DNA of 47,302 nt from Tubiluchus corallicola (taxonomy: Eukaryota > Animalia > Priapulida), in assembly GCA_030141605.1 (NCBI GenBank), contig JAQGDQ010001322.1:1-47302 (forward strand), written 5' to 3'. The notes under the pieces were generated by a model. That model did no database searches. It had not been told where the DNA came from and saw only the letters and a list, made by a program, of their open reading frames with translations. Position 1 is the first letter of the stretch. Each line of letters opens with the position of its first letter. This document shows, in pieces, positions 25,001 to 38,399 of the stretch. The position numbers and the translations under genes are program-made.

Positions 25001-28000
25001 ATCTGTTTATTAGGTAGGCCTATAACAGCTGTGTACATTTTGACTTTTTCTCTGTTTCAACTTATCTGTTTTGTAAAGAGGCAGATAGTAAAATAATTCG
25101 TTGATTTGGTTGTGTGAAGCTGATTATATTGGTGTTTTAGGGATGGCAAAACTATGAGGAGTCCGATTATAAAACTACACGTTTATTGAACATCAACCAC
25201 AATAAATATAACAGATAGTAATGTAACGCCCCCTGATCTAGCCTGCTCTCCTTCAGCTCCCAGACTCAATCCCCTGAGCTGGGCGCATCTCAAGGCTTAT
25301 ATCTCGTGCGCCGAGCTTCGACGCTTCGGTTCTGAATCACTTGCTCACGTGACACCACTCCTTAATTGGGCTTCATGCCAGCATTCATCAACATGATTAT
25401 ATATCATAATCTAATGCTTTTAACATAATTTAACAGCTCCTCTTTACTCAGATTTTGCCTCCTTGCTCAACCTGTCACCTGGTAAATGAGCACGGTAACC
25501 CACTATATAATGTAAGAAAACGTCAACAGGTCGCACATCAATTGATCTATCATTTCAATTTGTTACATTACTCACGTTTACTATTATTGGTCAATAGTTG
25601 GTCAGGAGTCAATCGCACTGCTTTTAAATCAGAGAAAAAGCAATCGATAGAAAAAAGGGCAGCGAGAAGGTAAAAAAATCGGTAAACAGAATCAGCGGCA
25701 AAAAATGGCAAATGTAAAAAAGGCGGTAGATAAAATTTAAAAAGCAAAAAAATCCTTTTCAGTTGATATTACGGTATCTTATTCTGCTAACTTGAATTTG
25801 CTCACATAATTGCACCAGGGATGAGAATGGCAAATTGCAAAAAAAACTCTGAAACAGGCCGGGGGTTCAGGGGCTGCGTAGGCCCCCATGGGGGTTGAAG
25901 GGCCCCCCTTGGAGCCAGCAATTTTGTGACCATAGAGAGCCACTAAGTGGACTTAAAATATCAGTTACCTTGTTTCATGCATAATTTAAAATACCCAACT
26001 ATCGAGGATACATGATACCTAATTGTCTGCAATTGACTCAAATAACTCCGTACAACTGATTCTATATTTTTATACATAGAGATCTACACGTGGTTACACT
26101 GATGTACGCGATGTAAACAAAGTGACAGCCTGCCAACTAGCAGTCAGCTTGTGAAATAATGTACTGGGTCCGTAAAAATTTTCTCAACGAATTTACGCGA
26201 TTTACAAAAATGGCACTACTGGTCTTCCAAAAACTTGGAATTCTGCGTATCCGCGGAAAATTCTCATCCCTGAATTGCACTGTACGTAATGGGAATGTTT
26301 TAAGTAGAGACCTGCATCTTAATTTGTCAATAATTAATTAATTGCGCACACAGTGCAATGATCTAATTTACAGACTCAAGCAGCGGTGAAACAAGTCTCA
26401 GTAGATACATTCAAGCCTTTAGTGATGCCGCTAAAAAAATCGAGGAGGCTGAAGAGAATTCTTTTCACAACAAGATTACAGGTAAATCATTTCTAGCCGC
26501 GTTTAACACTAAACTGCGGGGTCAAGTTAACGCAAATGGTTGAGGCACTAACGTTATATTTTAAACAGGTAAGCATAATGTTAAGTCATATACTTTGCAT
26601 GGGAAAGAGTAAAATTTATTCTGTTTGTATAGTGGATAGTACGTTGTGTGAGCCGTGTGTAGCTGTTTATAGATGTTTGAGGAATGGTAGAGCTATTAAG
26701 AGAGAAATTTATAACATAACACGTTTATTAAATATCAACACAATAAATATAATACATATATGGCAATGCCAAGGCCCCTGATCTAACGAGAGAGACGTTC
26801 CAGCTTCCAGGTTCACTGTCAGGCTCAACTCAACTGCCGGGCTGGGGCTGTCTGCGTCTTATATACGTGCGCCTGACAGTGTGCAGCCTGACACTGGGCA
26901 GGGCCTATTTCAGCCTAAGCGAGGCCCGGGGAAATGGGGCGTGTGAGGCCCTGTCGGGGGGGGCACAATGGTCGGCGCCAAAGAAAATTTTTGAACTGCT
27001 AGAACGCAGGAGAAGCATTTTCGAAGAGAAAATATGGAGTTATACAGTTGTTAAAAGAAAGAACAATTGAAAGAAAAACTGCTTTATTCTCAAGACCAGT
27101 CCTTAATACTTGTCAAATAGTCAAATCAAAAACAACATCTTTGCAATATGTAATACCGTACTGTCACTTCCGTAGAAGCCGGTGTTAGAAATTCCGAAAT
27201 TGAAAACAGCTGAACATCGGCACCGAGCCGCACAAGGCAAACGAGAGAGAGAGGGAGAGAAGAGGCAGTATGTTCGCATAAAGGAAAAAAGTTACCTCGG
27301 CGCGAGGCCCCCCCTGGAGTTTGAGGCGACGGGGAAGTATCCCCACTTCCCCCCTTGAAATAGGGCCTGACACTGGGTCAATTCTCGCCCACGTCGTCAC
27401 GTGGTACCACTCCTTAGCTGGCTTCCTTTTTGCGAGCATATCATCTCCTGCTCTTAGAATAATTTAACAGGTTCTCTTTACTGAAAGTTCTTTGAGATTT
27501 AATTGAAAATCTCCTTTCTCTGATTAAATTTAAATTTAAAATCCCATGCTCACTGTTTGCTTTGACAGAGTGCCGCGTACAGCAATAATAAACTGTAGCC
27601 TTACCCTATACTACAGGCAGGCCCTATTTCGGGGGGGGGGGTAGTGGGGATACTTCTCCGGGGCCTCACCCTCCAGGGGGGCCTCGCGCCGAGGTAACAT
27701 TTTTTTTGCTTTATGCGAACATACTCCCTCCTCTTTCTCTCTGTTGCCACACGCGTGCCGTTTGCCTTGTGCGGCTCGGTGCCGATGTTCAGCCGTTTTC
27801 AATTTCGAAATTTCTAACACCGGCTTGTACGGAAGTGAGAGTACGGTATTACATATTGCAAAGATGTTGTTTTTCATTTGACTATTTGACAAGTATTTAA
27901 GGACTGGTCTTGAGAATAAAACAGTTTTTCTTTCAATTGTTCTTTCCTTTAACAACTGTATAACTCCATATTTTCTCTTCGAAAATGCTTCTCCGGCGTT

Positions 28001-31000
28001 CTAGCAGTTCAAAAATTTTCTAGGCGTCAACCATGGTGGCCCCCCTCCCAAGGGGGCCTCACACGCCCCACTTCCCCGGGCCTCGCTTAGGCTGAAATAG
28101 GCCCTGACTACAGGTATACCTGAAATTGAGTAACATCAAATTCACTAGCTTACAAGTACAGTGCAAAGTTCACACATTTTCAAGAGCATTGTTACAGTCA
28201 CAATTTAGAAGCCTGCACACATGCGTCTTTTGTTGTTAAAAAATTTGATCATTACTATTTTAGGTCAATATGAATGAAATTTCACTGTTCTGAAACAGCT
28301 GCCATGTTTTGCTTGTGTATTGGCTTGTTTCTATAATTAAGCTTACTACTGAATCTAGGTTCACTGAAAAAAAATCTTCCCACATAACTGTATATAACTA
28401 CCACTATTTCATTTTGCCCCAGGCTGTGTTACAACATTATACCGAGCGAAGGGTTTGTTGTTACATTTTTATTTTTCATGATACCTCTATGGCTTCGCAA
28501 TCCCTTACAATGTTAATGACTTCGTTTGTAGAGGGTTTTGAGTACTTCGTCTGTGTACTAGTCAATGCACAGTCACTAAGCGTTTACGTATCTACAAAGA
28601 AAATATGCGAAACGTTACAACCAACTCCGATCTCTCATACTTGTTACACTGATTGTGACGATGATGACTATGAAGATGATTATTACAGCAATATGTTTTT
28701 AGTAAAATTTAATTATATACAACATGATATTTTGTAATAAAGTAAAAGCCAAAAAATGAATTATTGCGAATGAGTTGAAAAGAAGATCATGGCATCTTAT
28801 CATGTATGAATTTGACAAGGAGATTTATCACCATCTTCTGCGGATGGCACTGACCTGAAAACAGCGGATGATATTTACTGGTTGACACCATCAGCAAAAA
28901 TCATCGTTATTATGCGAAACCCAATGCACAGGTACGTCTACTGGTAGGCTTTATATTACTGTGTAAATATTTGCTCTGTTTTGCTTCTGTCACTCTCATT
29001 CTCGTTCATCTTTTCTTCTTTTTTTAGTTATTTCTCCCTTGCTAGTTTTCCTCGATTCTCTTCCTTCATCTCTCTCTCTCTCTCTCTCTCTCCCTCTCTC
29101 TCTGTAATTCATTACTCACTTTTCTAAGTTTGATATTTATATCTAATAAAATTTGCGATACCTAATAACAATAGCATTTTGTAAAAAAATCACTACCTAT
29201 AATGTATCTGTGTATTACAAAGAGAAGAAGCTTATTTTAATACTCTCAAGCTTGCACGAAAATACAAAACTGACTTAATGTTAAAAATGCTGATGATAAG
29301 ATATAACATTTATAATACACTTGTTACCGATAATATGATTTTACAGATTGATGTCTTGGTACGATAGTGAAAAAAACGTGCGCCTTATTTCCAATGAAAA
29401 GAAACCGCTTACGCCTGAACAAATTCACGAAGACGTCAAAAGAAAAATATCCGTCTTTCGTAATTGTTCTGAACAATTAAAAGCGAACATTACTAACAGA
29501 TATTTTTGTGCCACAGATAGAAACTTCAGACCAAAATCTATAAAGGTAAGTGAATATTGATTTTCTACTAGTTAATTAATTAACCCAGTTAACAGGGCAA
29601 TTTATGTTTTATTAACGCAACACTGATAGCTATGTTCGCAAAAAAGAAAAATAACGAACGTATACATTTATTTCATATATGTATATTTTCATATTTTGAA
29701 GTGGTTAGTATAACGTTACTAAAAAATCAAACAGGTCTCACGTTACATTGACTAACAATATTAATTGTACTTAGTATTTGAGAAATGCGGCAAGTATAAC
29801 TTAATTCAGACATGGTTATACTGTATACAACTCGCAAAGTACAGGGATGAGAATGACAAATTGCAAAAAACTCTGAAACAGGCGGGGGATTTGGGGGCCG
29901 CGTAGGCCCCCATGGAGGTTCAAGGGGCGAAGCAACAAATTGCAATTTTATATACTGGGTCCGTAAAAATTTTCACAACGTATTTACGCGATTTACAAAA
30001 ATGGCACTACTGGTCTTCCAAAAATTCGAAATTCCGCGTATCCGCGGAAAATTCTCGTCCCTGAAAGTAACTGCAGCTAACTGGACACGCAGAAATACAC
30101 CGCGGGGTTTCACTGTGAAATGCACTCTCTTGCCGCATGGGCTTTCGAGAAAAATCGGAAATTTTCTGATTTTTTGACAGCAATTCATTTTTTCTTGCGT
30201 CCTCACGGTGAAATGGGCCTAAAGATATCCATTTGAATTAATGAGATTCTGAAGATCATTATTTTCACATCTATGGTCTTTTGGGAGCAAGGCGGAACTG
30301 GAAATTGGGATCAAACTACAACTTACAGGCGATGGGTCTTACAAGATCCTAATAATGTTCTCGGCTACTCCTTGTGATGCACTCCAACCGAGTCTACCCT
30401 CCTGATACTCATGTAAAGGGACTTTTCACTTGTATATTGATTCTTAGTAAATGTAATAGTGGTTCTAGCTCGCTAATAACACTGCTGCTTTTTCTTCTCA
30501 ATGCAGGATCCAGCCCTAAGTAGAGGTTGCTATGCGGTATATCTCGAGAGATATTTGAGTGTGTTCCCTCCAGAACAAATCTTGGTTCTCAGGTTTGAAG
30601 ACATGATCAAGGACATAAACGCCACGGCACAACAAGTGTACAAATTCTTGGGACTAAAAGGTACGCATACGTTGACACACGTCATGTACGTTTTGATTTA
30701 TTTTCTTAACATTAGTAGAAAAACTACTAGCAAGTTACTAGATTTTGATAAAACTTGAGAATTTTTAACATTTAAATTACATATTATAAACCCCAAATTA
30801 ATTAGTTTTTTATTATAAATTTTCTGTTAGTTAAATAATAATTTTTACATCAAGACAATAATAAATTAATTAATTACCCAAGGAAATTTCAGGCACAAAA
30901 TTAATCATAATAAAATTTAATTCAGCTAGAGTCACTCTATTAGTGTGATCAATTGGAAATGCTTGACCAACTATAAGAGATGAACTTTGGACAGCCACGA

Positions 31001-31801
31001 CCAGTTGTGGATGTCATGCAGTGGGTCTCTGGTTCAAATCCAGGTTGCATTCCAATTTTTCACGTTTGGTATCAATATTTAACTAACTGTGAGATTGTAA
31101 CATTGATAATAATTTTTACATTGATATTATAATCATTGACAAATAGACTGTATTAGCTAAACTGCAGCTAAAACATCCATTATACATGTCACCTGTCACA
31201 ACACTACGTACATTTACTACATTACTACTTTGAGCACTTAGCTATTTAAATTGCATTTTTTATTTATAAGAGTGCTTTTGAATTTCAGATCTTTGTGAAT
31301 TTGGAGTACTGTTTTATATTTAATCTCTTTTCTTAATTTTTATGACTCCTTGGTACTTTTTATGCCAAGTGCTTAAAACAAATTTGTATTCTGAACGCAG
31401 GTAATACTTGTAACTACTACCTAACTAAGTAACTACTGCCATTTTTGCATTCCTTGCTATAATAATTAGTAACATACTGTAATAAATACCAAAGAAGCCA
31501 TTATATCAGCTTTTTTACAGCCATTAACTCTTCTGCTAGTATATCTTATATTCAATCACTTAACAATACCGTAAAAATACAACCACTTGATTTGTGAAGA
31601 TGAAATATAACACAAAAATTAAAATGAAATTTCCTTCTTAATCTAGCTCACTCAACCCCTAGTGACATAAGAGCAAATCAATCGCAGAGGAAAACGGAAA
31701 TGCTGAATTCCACTATAGAACTGATAGACGAATTCTATTCGCCATTCAACAAGGATTTGGTCAAGCTGCTTGGCAGTGAAAAATGGCTATGGAAGGACTA
31801 A
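19096..31801 (+). CDS. CHST15: Carbohydrate sulfotransferase 15-like (GalNAc4S-6ST family), type II membrane protein, 8 coding exons
   Basis: Exons 19096..19344, 21027..21093, 22105..22275, 26374..26481, 28820..28931, 29347..29545, 30507..30660 and 31647..31801, all GT-AG and phase consistent. N-terminal TM helix; motifs YKNPC, CLPYFYVVGFQKSGTT (5'-PSB), QWW, KITGDLSPS, IIVIMRNPMHRLMSWY (3'-PB), GCYAVYLERYLSVFPPEQILVLRFED and FYSPFNKDLVKLLG. The symbol denotes the family; orthology is not shown. Confidence 0.88.
19691..19984. repeat. 106-bp tandem repeat, ~2.8 copies
   Basis: aaactgaacctgttacaata.atagtaaataccgcgggtgtgac... starts at 19691, 19797 and 19903. Confidence 0.92.
22189..22243. other. 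55-N run inside exon 3 of the sulfotransferase
   Basis: Seen directly; the reading frame is preserved across it. Confidence 0.98.
23700..24330 (-). mobile_element. Possible 3' remnant of a non-LTR retrotransposon
   Basis: Minus-strand ORF 23919..24254 followed by an aataaa and a (att)n-like tail near 23700. No diagnostic RT motif seen. Confidence 0.35.
25073..25455 (-). mobile_element. LTR fragment with adjacent polypurine tract
   Basis: Minus strand: agtaaagaggagc|tgttaaatt, then a TATA-like box, aataaa and an aca end. Similar to ~26626..27482. Confidence 0.55.
25816..26272. mobile_element. hAT-type MITE
   Basis: TIR cagggatgagaat/attctcatccctg with 8-bp TSD aattgcac. A shorter family member lies at 29842..30063. 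Confidence 0.9.
26626..27482 (-). mobile_element. Second LTR-like fragment, interrupted by a MITE
   Basis: Shares acacgtttatt.aa.atcaac, cccctgatcta, tcacgtg...ccactcctta and ataatttaaca, plus a purine tract, with 25073..25455. Confidence 0.5.
26899..27369 (+). mobile_element. hAT-type MITE
   Basis: TIR cagggcctatttc/gaaatagggcctg; TSD acactggg on both sides. Confidence 0.92.
27618..28106 (-). mobile_element. Same MITE family as 26899..27369, opposite orientation
   Basis: Reverse complement of 26899..27369, with its own TSD actacagg. Confidence 0.92.
29842..30063. mobile_element. Internally deleted MITE of the 25816 family
   Basis: Same TIRs and subterminal sequence; TSD imperfect. Confidence 0.8.
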
Positions 31802-32588
31802 GAGACACCATTTTCTGTTACCATGGTAACTTCGCAAGCAACGCTCCATTAGCAGCAGTTTTCGCAGTTAAAGAGTAACAGAAAACGTCCAGCAAATAAT
31901 GCACCCTCGAGAAATTGAGATATACAACTCTATCCCTCTGTACATTATACCCTAACTTATCTCTGTCCTAGGTGGCATTCCAGCAACACTGTAAAATTTT
32001 CTCAAGGAATTGCCATCTTTTTCACATTTATGTATATTTTGGAAACTCTTTTGTAAGTAATTACAGCAAAAAATATTATGATTATGTAATCAAAATATAT
32101 CTGATTATTTTTGTGTTAACTCTTTTAGATGACAGCTTTATAGTATGTATAGAATATAATTGTTTCTTTCTACCTCAGTGTTTTAAGTTGGGGTGATTTT
32201 GAAAACACCGCCCTACAAATCCAAAAAACTGCTTAACCAGTTTTGCAATTTTAAAACAGGGAGCAATGAATTTTCCTAATTTTAGTGTTGCACATCATTT
32301 CAGGGAATCAAATTTTCAAACCTGGTTCTGGTTTCAAGGCCATAACTTTAACCAGTTGAAACAATTTATCTTTCTACAATCACCAGCCACATTTGGTCAA
32401 CAACAGGGAGGACTAATAAGCAAAGCACAGCAATAATAAACTTTGCTGACACTATATTTTAATGTTGCACACTAAATCTTTGACTGTATTAATATGAATT
32501 TGTAACAATTACTACTGGCTAAAAGCAAAAGAAACAATTCACTTCCACATAATTTTTTTCTTCAGATTACATTCTATACAAAAATTAT

Positions 32589-35500
32589 TTAGAATTTAGC
32601 AAATCCTTTTTTGGAACCTGCTGCTTTTGAGACCTTCAGTACATTAAACCGAACAGTTTTACTTAATGGACGACACTCTCCAACGGTCACTACATCTCCC
32701 TGTGTTACATCCCTGCAAGAAAAAAAGAAATTCTATTGAAACAAAGCATTACGGTCACCTAAAAACAGAAAAATCAATAAAAGCGACCTAGATATTTAGA
32801 TGCTGGAACCACATTATAAAAGGGCGCAGGTCATATGCCACTACAGAGGATAATTTTAGCTGTGTTAACTCATCCTCTCCTTTTCCCGTAACCCTGAACA
32901 TTTATTATCCTTCGACTGTTTAATCTTTTTTCATTCCTGCATCGGAATTCATGAGTTTTTCCAATTTTGGCAGACAAATAAACAGGGTGCATAAGATTAT
33001 GGATATGTATAAAAGAAATAAAATAGCTTAATTTATGGATTTTTGAAATTTTATTTTATGGATATCAATAAAATAAGAAATAGACTATATTTGGAACGAG
33101 ATGCCCAGGGGGAAATCAATTAAAAAGTAAAAACAGGAGTGCTTGAAACGTGGTGCGAATGTAAAATGCCCTCTAGGCTGAAGTTTCCGATCCTGGTGGC
33201 TGGGTCTCTTTCAGTTATTTTCAGACCGAACTCCAGCTCATGCTTTGGTTGAAACTTCGCCATCTTGATAACAAAAAGACAATGAGAAAAAACAATGTAA
33301 AATAGCAAATCTGGAAATGCACTTTTGTTGGTTTGTTTTCTTTCTCTTTCTCTCCTTCTAACGTTACCAATGCTTACAACTCGTTACTTTGTACAAAAAA
33401 TCACAAAAAATTTTTATTTTATTTTATGCATTTTATGGATTTTTCAGATTTTATTTTATGGATTTTTGGTCTTATGGATATCCATAATCTTATAAACCAT
33501 TTTTGTTATTCATCATGCCAAATGTTTTTTTGCGAGAAATCTTGTATAACATGTAAAAAAATGTTAAACTATTATGGTACAGCCAAGCCTCTTTATAACC
33601 ACCCCCCCCCTTATTACGCACCCTCTATTAATACTAATTTTGGGCAAAACAAATGTCAATAATTGTATATAGTCAGACAGGTAACTATTAATACGCTTTG
33701 TTATACTGCAAACTTGCTTAATACCAACTTTTTTTGCAGTCCCATAGTAGATGGTATAAAAAGGTTTGACTGTATTACTTACTGTTAAACAAAAAGAAAA
33801 AAAATTGTCCAGAAATATATAGTGTGATATGAGAGTAAGTCCTTATCTGCAAAGTTGAAGGTCACATAATAACAGCAACTTCATGCTATTACAACAGAGA
33901 GAAACTGTTCAGCAGTACAACATGAATGAATGAATGACACTTCATACCTAAATGCCGGAGACAAATGAACTGACATGTTTCGATGGCGTTTCTCAAATCG
34001 ATTATACTTCCTAACGTAGTGTAAGTAATCCCGTCGAATCACTATTGTACGCTGCATTTTCATCTTAGTGACAACGCCAGTGAGAATTCGGCCACGAATG
34101 AACACATTGCCAGTAAACGGACATTTCTTGTCGATATAGTTCCCGTCAATTGCCTGAAAACAAAATATATCAATGCCTAGTATTAACAAGGGATACTGTT
34201 ATAAGAAATAAAAAAAGCCTGCCAATTCTCCATTTCTACATCTGAAGCAAACAACAAAAATCGTTGGTTTGTACTTATTTTTGTTGTGAAATGTTGCAAA
34301 TGATGTCACAGGTTATCATTAACCATAGCCTAAAATGATTGTCACTGGATTCAGTTCCCAGAAAACAAATCTATTTCAATTTAATAATGATAAAAGTGTA
34401 AGTTTTTCACTGCAGTCACGGGTATACATACGCAATTAATATTACAGCTATAATGTGAAATGCATGAAAGGAAATCAGACCCTACTTCAAAGCCTCGTTT
34501 CGGTACTATAGGCAGGGGCCGTCGAGAGCTATTACGGGCCCCGGGGCAGCAAGCATTAAGGGCCCCACTTCAAGTGGCAAAACATTACATAAAGTTGAAC
34601 TAAAGTGATATTTAAATAACCCTGGCTGCCCACATGTCGTGCGTGTAGAGTGTAAAATCATTTTTAATTCATTTGCTGTTTTTGATGATTTTGTATTGAA
34701 ACTGTACTATTTGTCAGGACCTGCCAAGTCTACAACAATAGCTAGAATGTATACTCTGTGTGTGTGTGCGTGTGTAAGATTCGAGGCTACAGCTCCGACG
34801 ATGACACCATTAGCGGCGATCTATATATCAAATGAAAGGTACCGATCTAGCGTTGTCGGGGTTTATTTTTTTAATCAGGCCCACCCGGATGAATGGAGGG
34901 GGGGGCGAAAAACTTCCAAAAATGGCTCTTTTCATCCGTTTTTTTTGCAAAACTTATAACCTCTTATTTCTAGAGATCGGGAACGGACCGGTGGTGGTGC
35001 TGGTAATGGTTAGATAGCCCGTTCAACCGTGGGTGTAGTAGATGTATTTAGAATTTGTCGTGTGTGTGTGTGTGTGTGTTGCTGTGTGTGTGTTACTGTG
35101 TGTGTGTGCGTGCGTGCGTGTAGCCTACCCTCAGTTACCTCTGGGCATAGAAAGGGATGACTGTTGCTCTCAACTTCGTCCACTTTTGTGAACGATTCCG
35201 ACCTATTCCCCATTATTTCCAATGCCTCCACCAATTAAAAAGGTACTACTGATGAAGGAAAAGTTAGACATAAGACAAGAAGTAGCTAATCCACGCAGAC
35301 AACTTTTTGAAGAAAAAAAACCTAGCAGCTCTAGCTGTATAAAACCCTGGTTGTGTCCTTAATCTTCTCGGACACCCCACACAACCAGGCCCTGAGGCAC
35401 TGGCCCCGTCTTGTCGGGCCTGACTATAGGACGTGAAGCAATAAATTGACTGAGTGTGTATTTACATCCAAGTGCAAAAAAATATGCAACCAAGCAAGTG

Positions 35501-36795
35501 CAGATTTAAAATTTTAAAAAAATTGTGACAAAAAGATTTAAAAAAACGAAAATTTGCTGAGCAAAGTGAATTAAACTGTTACAGAAATAAAATAATTTCA
35601 AAGAAAACCAGAAGACTTTGTTAACTATTTCACAACTTTGTTACTGGCACCTAAAAAAATTTAATTAGCAAGCATAGCAACCAAATTTCAGTACGAACCT
35701 CCCGAGGAGTTTTGAATCCCAATCCGACGTTCTTGTAATAACGAAGACCCTTTTTCTTTTTGGCCGGCAAAGATTTCTTCCTGTTCAGAAAGATTGTCGG
35801 CTGTTTCTGGAAGGCTCTTTCAGTCTACAAAACGAAATACAGTCTACAAAATAGAATACTAAGAGCAGTCTTATGGTCGTGCACTGCCATCACACATATT
35901 GATTCTGAAAAGACAGTTTTTAATATTGGCTCATTCGCACTTATGGTAACATAACCTAAGTTAACGTAACGTTAGTCTACGTTTGCGATAAGTAAGGAAC
36001 AACAACAATTTGGAATTATAATGCCTGAAAGCTTATAATATCATCTACTTCAGGTAAAAATCGTCTGTAATATGTCTTATAAAACTGTTAATTGTGTTAA
36101 CTGAAAAAAATATATTTGAATTTTGAATTTGTATATTAAAAACAATACATGGACAAAAATTGAAGAAAAAACAGCCATCTAGAAACAGTTTTCTTGATGA
36201 CCTTCTTCACATGTTGCAATGAAGAGTCTATTAAGTCGATCCTATTTGGCCCCTATGGCAGCAAGATGTCTTGCAACATAGTCCATGATCGTGTAGTGCT
36301 GCTGATTCTTTTAATACACAAAAACAGAAGCCAAAAAAAATTGGAGAGGTTTGTGAGCTATTTATCAGCTTAACATCTATCCTTCGACGTTAATGGCAAT
36401 GGTAGACCACAATCTTTATTCAAAAATCGAGCATCATTTCGCTGCATCTTTCGCCAAAGAGTCAACTTCATTACAAACAATACTACAACGACTACGTACT
36501 CATACAATATTAAAATGCATTCTGTTTATCAGAGCTTTAACATACTACTTAATACTGTCACAGTATTTTATAAGTACCGGAATAACAAAAAGCTAGGTGC
36601 GAGTGTAAAAGCGCCTTTAAAGATCAGGGCAATTTAGTCGTAACGCAGTCAATTTTAGTCATGTATCACTAAGAAATAATAAACTCTGTTCATTACGCTA
36701 TTAAACTGTCAATATAATTAGTTCAAAATGTAACAAATTAAGTCTCACATACAAAAATATCAAATACTAAAAATTATGCAAACCTGATCCGCCAT
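32589..36795 (-). CDS. RPS11: 40S ribosomal protein S11 (uS17), 4 coding exons
   Basis: Exons 36784..36795, 35699..35824, 33948..34153 and 32589..32712 give [16 protein letters not shown]...[35 protein letters not shown]...[20 protein letters not shown]...[17 protein letters not shown]...FAKF*. All introns GT-AG. Confidence 0.97.
32983..33500. mobile_element. Degenerate MITE in RPS11 intron 3
   Basis: Inverted ends cataagattatggatat/atatccataatcttata and repeated ttatggat motifs. Confidence 0.55.
33580..33772. mobile_element. Pogo/Tigger-like MITE
   Basis: ta|cagccaagcctctttata...tataaaaaggtttgactg|ta; TA TSD. Confidence 0.7.
34513..35422. mobile_element. hAT-type MITE containing a nested copy of the 975..1315 repeat family
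   Basis: cagg...cctg ends with TSD actatagg on both sides; nested repeat at ~34741..35125. Confidence 0.8.
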
Positions 36796-36798
36796 GCT

Positions 36799-36814
36799 GG
36801 AGAAAGAGAAAAGG
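36799..36814 (-). promoter_or_regulatory. 5'TOP / TCT-type pyrimidine tract of RPS11
   Basis: ccttttctctttctcc immediately before agcATG, typical of ribosomal protein transcription starts. Confidence 0.75.
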
Positions 36815-38399
36815 CCGAATGCGAACCAATTGCAACTTAATTCAGGTGAAGTTTATTGTGCGCAACAATTTTACTGAATAAATTGCAACATATAATTATG
36901 TATTACTATTATAAGGGAAATATTGATAATTGTTACTTTTCTCGACAATGATCAGTATTTGTATTAATAAGTTAAAAAATAATTCACTCATCAATTAACT
37001 GACTATAATACTGTTATGTATAACTTTGTACGCTTGACATACTGCCATTCAAGTCAATAAACGAATACAGCGAAACCATATAAATGTAATTAACTTTTGA
37101 AAGCTACTGAAATTCACTGGGCTCGATAGATATAGATATATACTTTGCTCATCTTACGCATGTATGTATTGTCCAATCAAATTAGCCCCAAAAATGTCTG
37201 GCTAGTTCTTTCTATTACATGCATTATCATTTTGCCATTCGCCATATATGGTGCCTGCATGTCTTGGAAATGCATTGTACAAAAAATTGCAGTACCTCTC
37301 AAGTCATGGACGTTCAGTATTGACGTAGTGCACATGTTCAAGAGCTCATGTGTGAACACAGTGGAAAACATAAAACTTGAATTTTAGACTTTATGAAAAT
37401 TTACCAAGTTTTGTATTTCGCACTTTACGTTCCACAGTAATGCTGTATTTTAATTTTCGCTTTGGCAAGCCGTACAACACGTTCGTGAAATATTTGTGTT
37501 GCTGAAAATTGTGAATTGAGATGTCATCTCTGCTAGGCCTCACCTGCTGTTAATTAAGTTTTTAACCTGTTATTTAATTATCAGAAATGCTTTAGCATTA
37601 TAATGTGTCTAAAAATTTATACTTTTACTGCATTTCAAAAATGAGCTAGCCCCAGGACTGGCTCCGAACTGAAAATAAAGTAATGTGAGTAAAGTGCTAC
37701 CATACTTTGGCTCCTCTTGGTTGCGAAAGATTTCTTTTTGTTTTGCTTGACGTCATTGCGGGGGTGGTAATATTTTGTAAAAGTTGGAAGTTTTCCACAC
37801 TACTATGGTCCTCAACAGGAAAGTTTATTGTCAGGGACTTATTTACCTACTAGAAAAATGACTGGTTAGTGGTTATAATATTTATAATGTATAAACCCCA
37901 TGATCGTGCTAATCGTCAATTGAATGTCAGACAAGTCGTAGCCGTTACTTCGGACCGTATATAACTTGCTATACAAAATCGTACACTACTGAGTTTTATA
38001 GTTTGACCTTAAGTCATGAGTACGACGGTTGCTGATAAATTGATGTTCAGATTAACATAGATTGTCCAACACTAATATTTATCAGTAAGCTTATTTTGAG
38101 AAGTAGACTTGAGTGTTTTATCCACAGAAAGTGTCCGACATATCGGTTTTGATACAATTCGTCAGACCTGCGAACTCTCACACATTAAGATTGCATGTGT
38201 CACACACATTAAGATTGCATGTGTCACACACATTTAAGTCTCTCACACACACATGGACATAAAATTTCAGTTCTCAGGCATTGCACAACTTCATATACAA
38301 GTGTGCAAAAGTTTAGTTCAGTGCCTTGATCTTTTGTATCAGGGTGACTACTTAAAACTGCTACTCGGCGTAAATTTGAAAAGACAAACTTAGACAAAG

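Noticed and set aside
36360-36440. Possible C/D snoRNA in RPS11 intron 1 (ATGATGC...CTGA on the minus strand)
   Set aside because: Imperfect C box, no clear terminal stem and no rRNA complement I could recognise; would need snoscan or Infernal.
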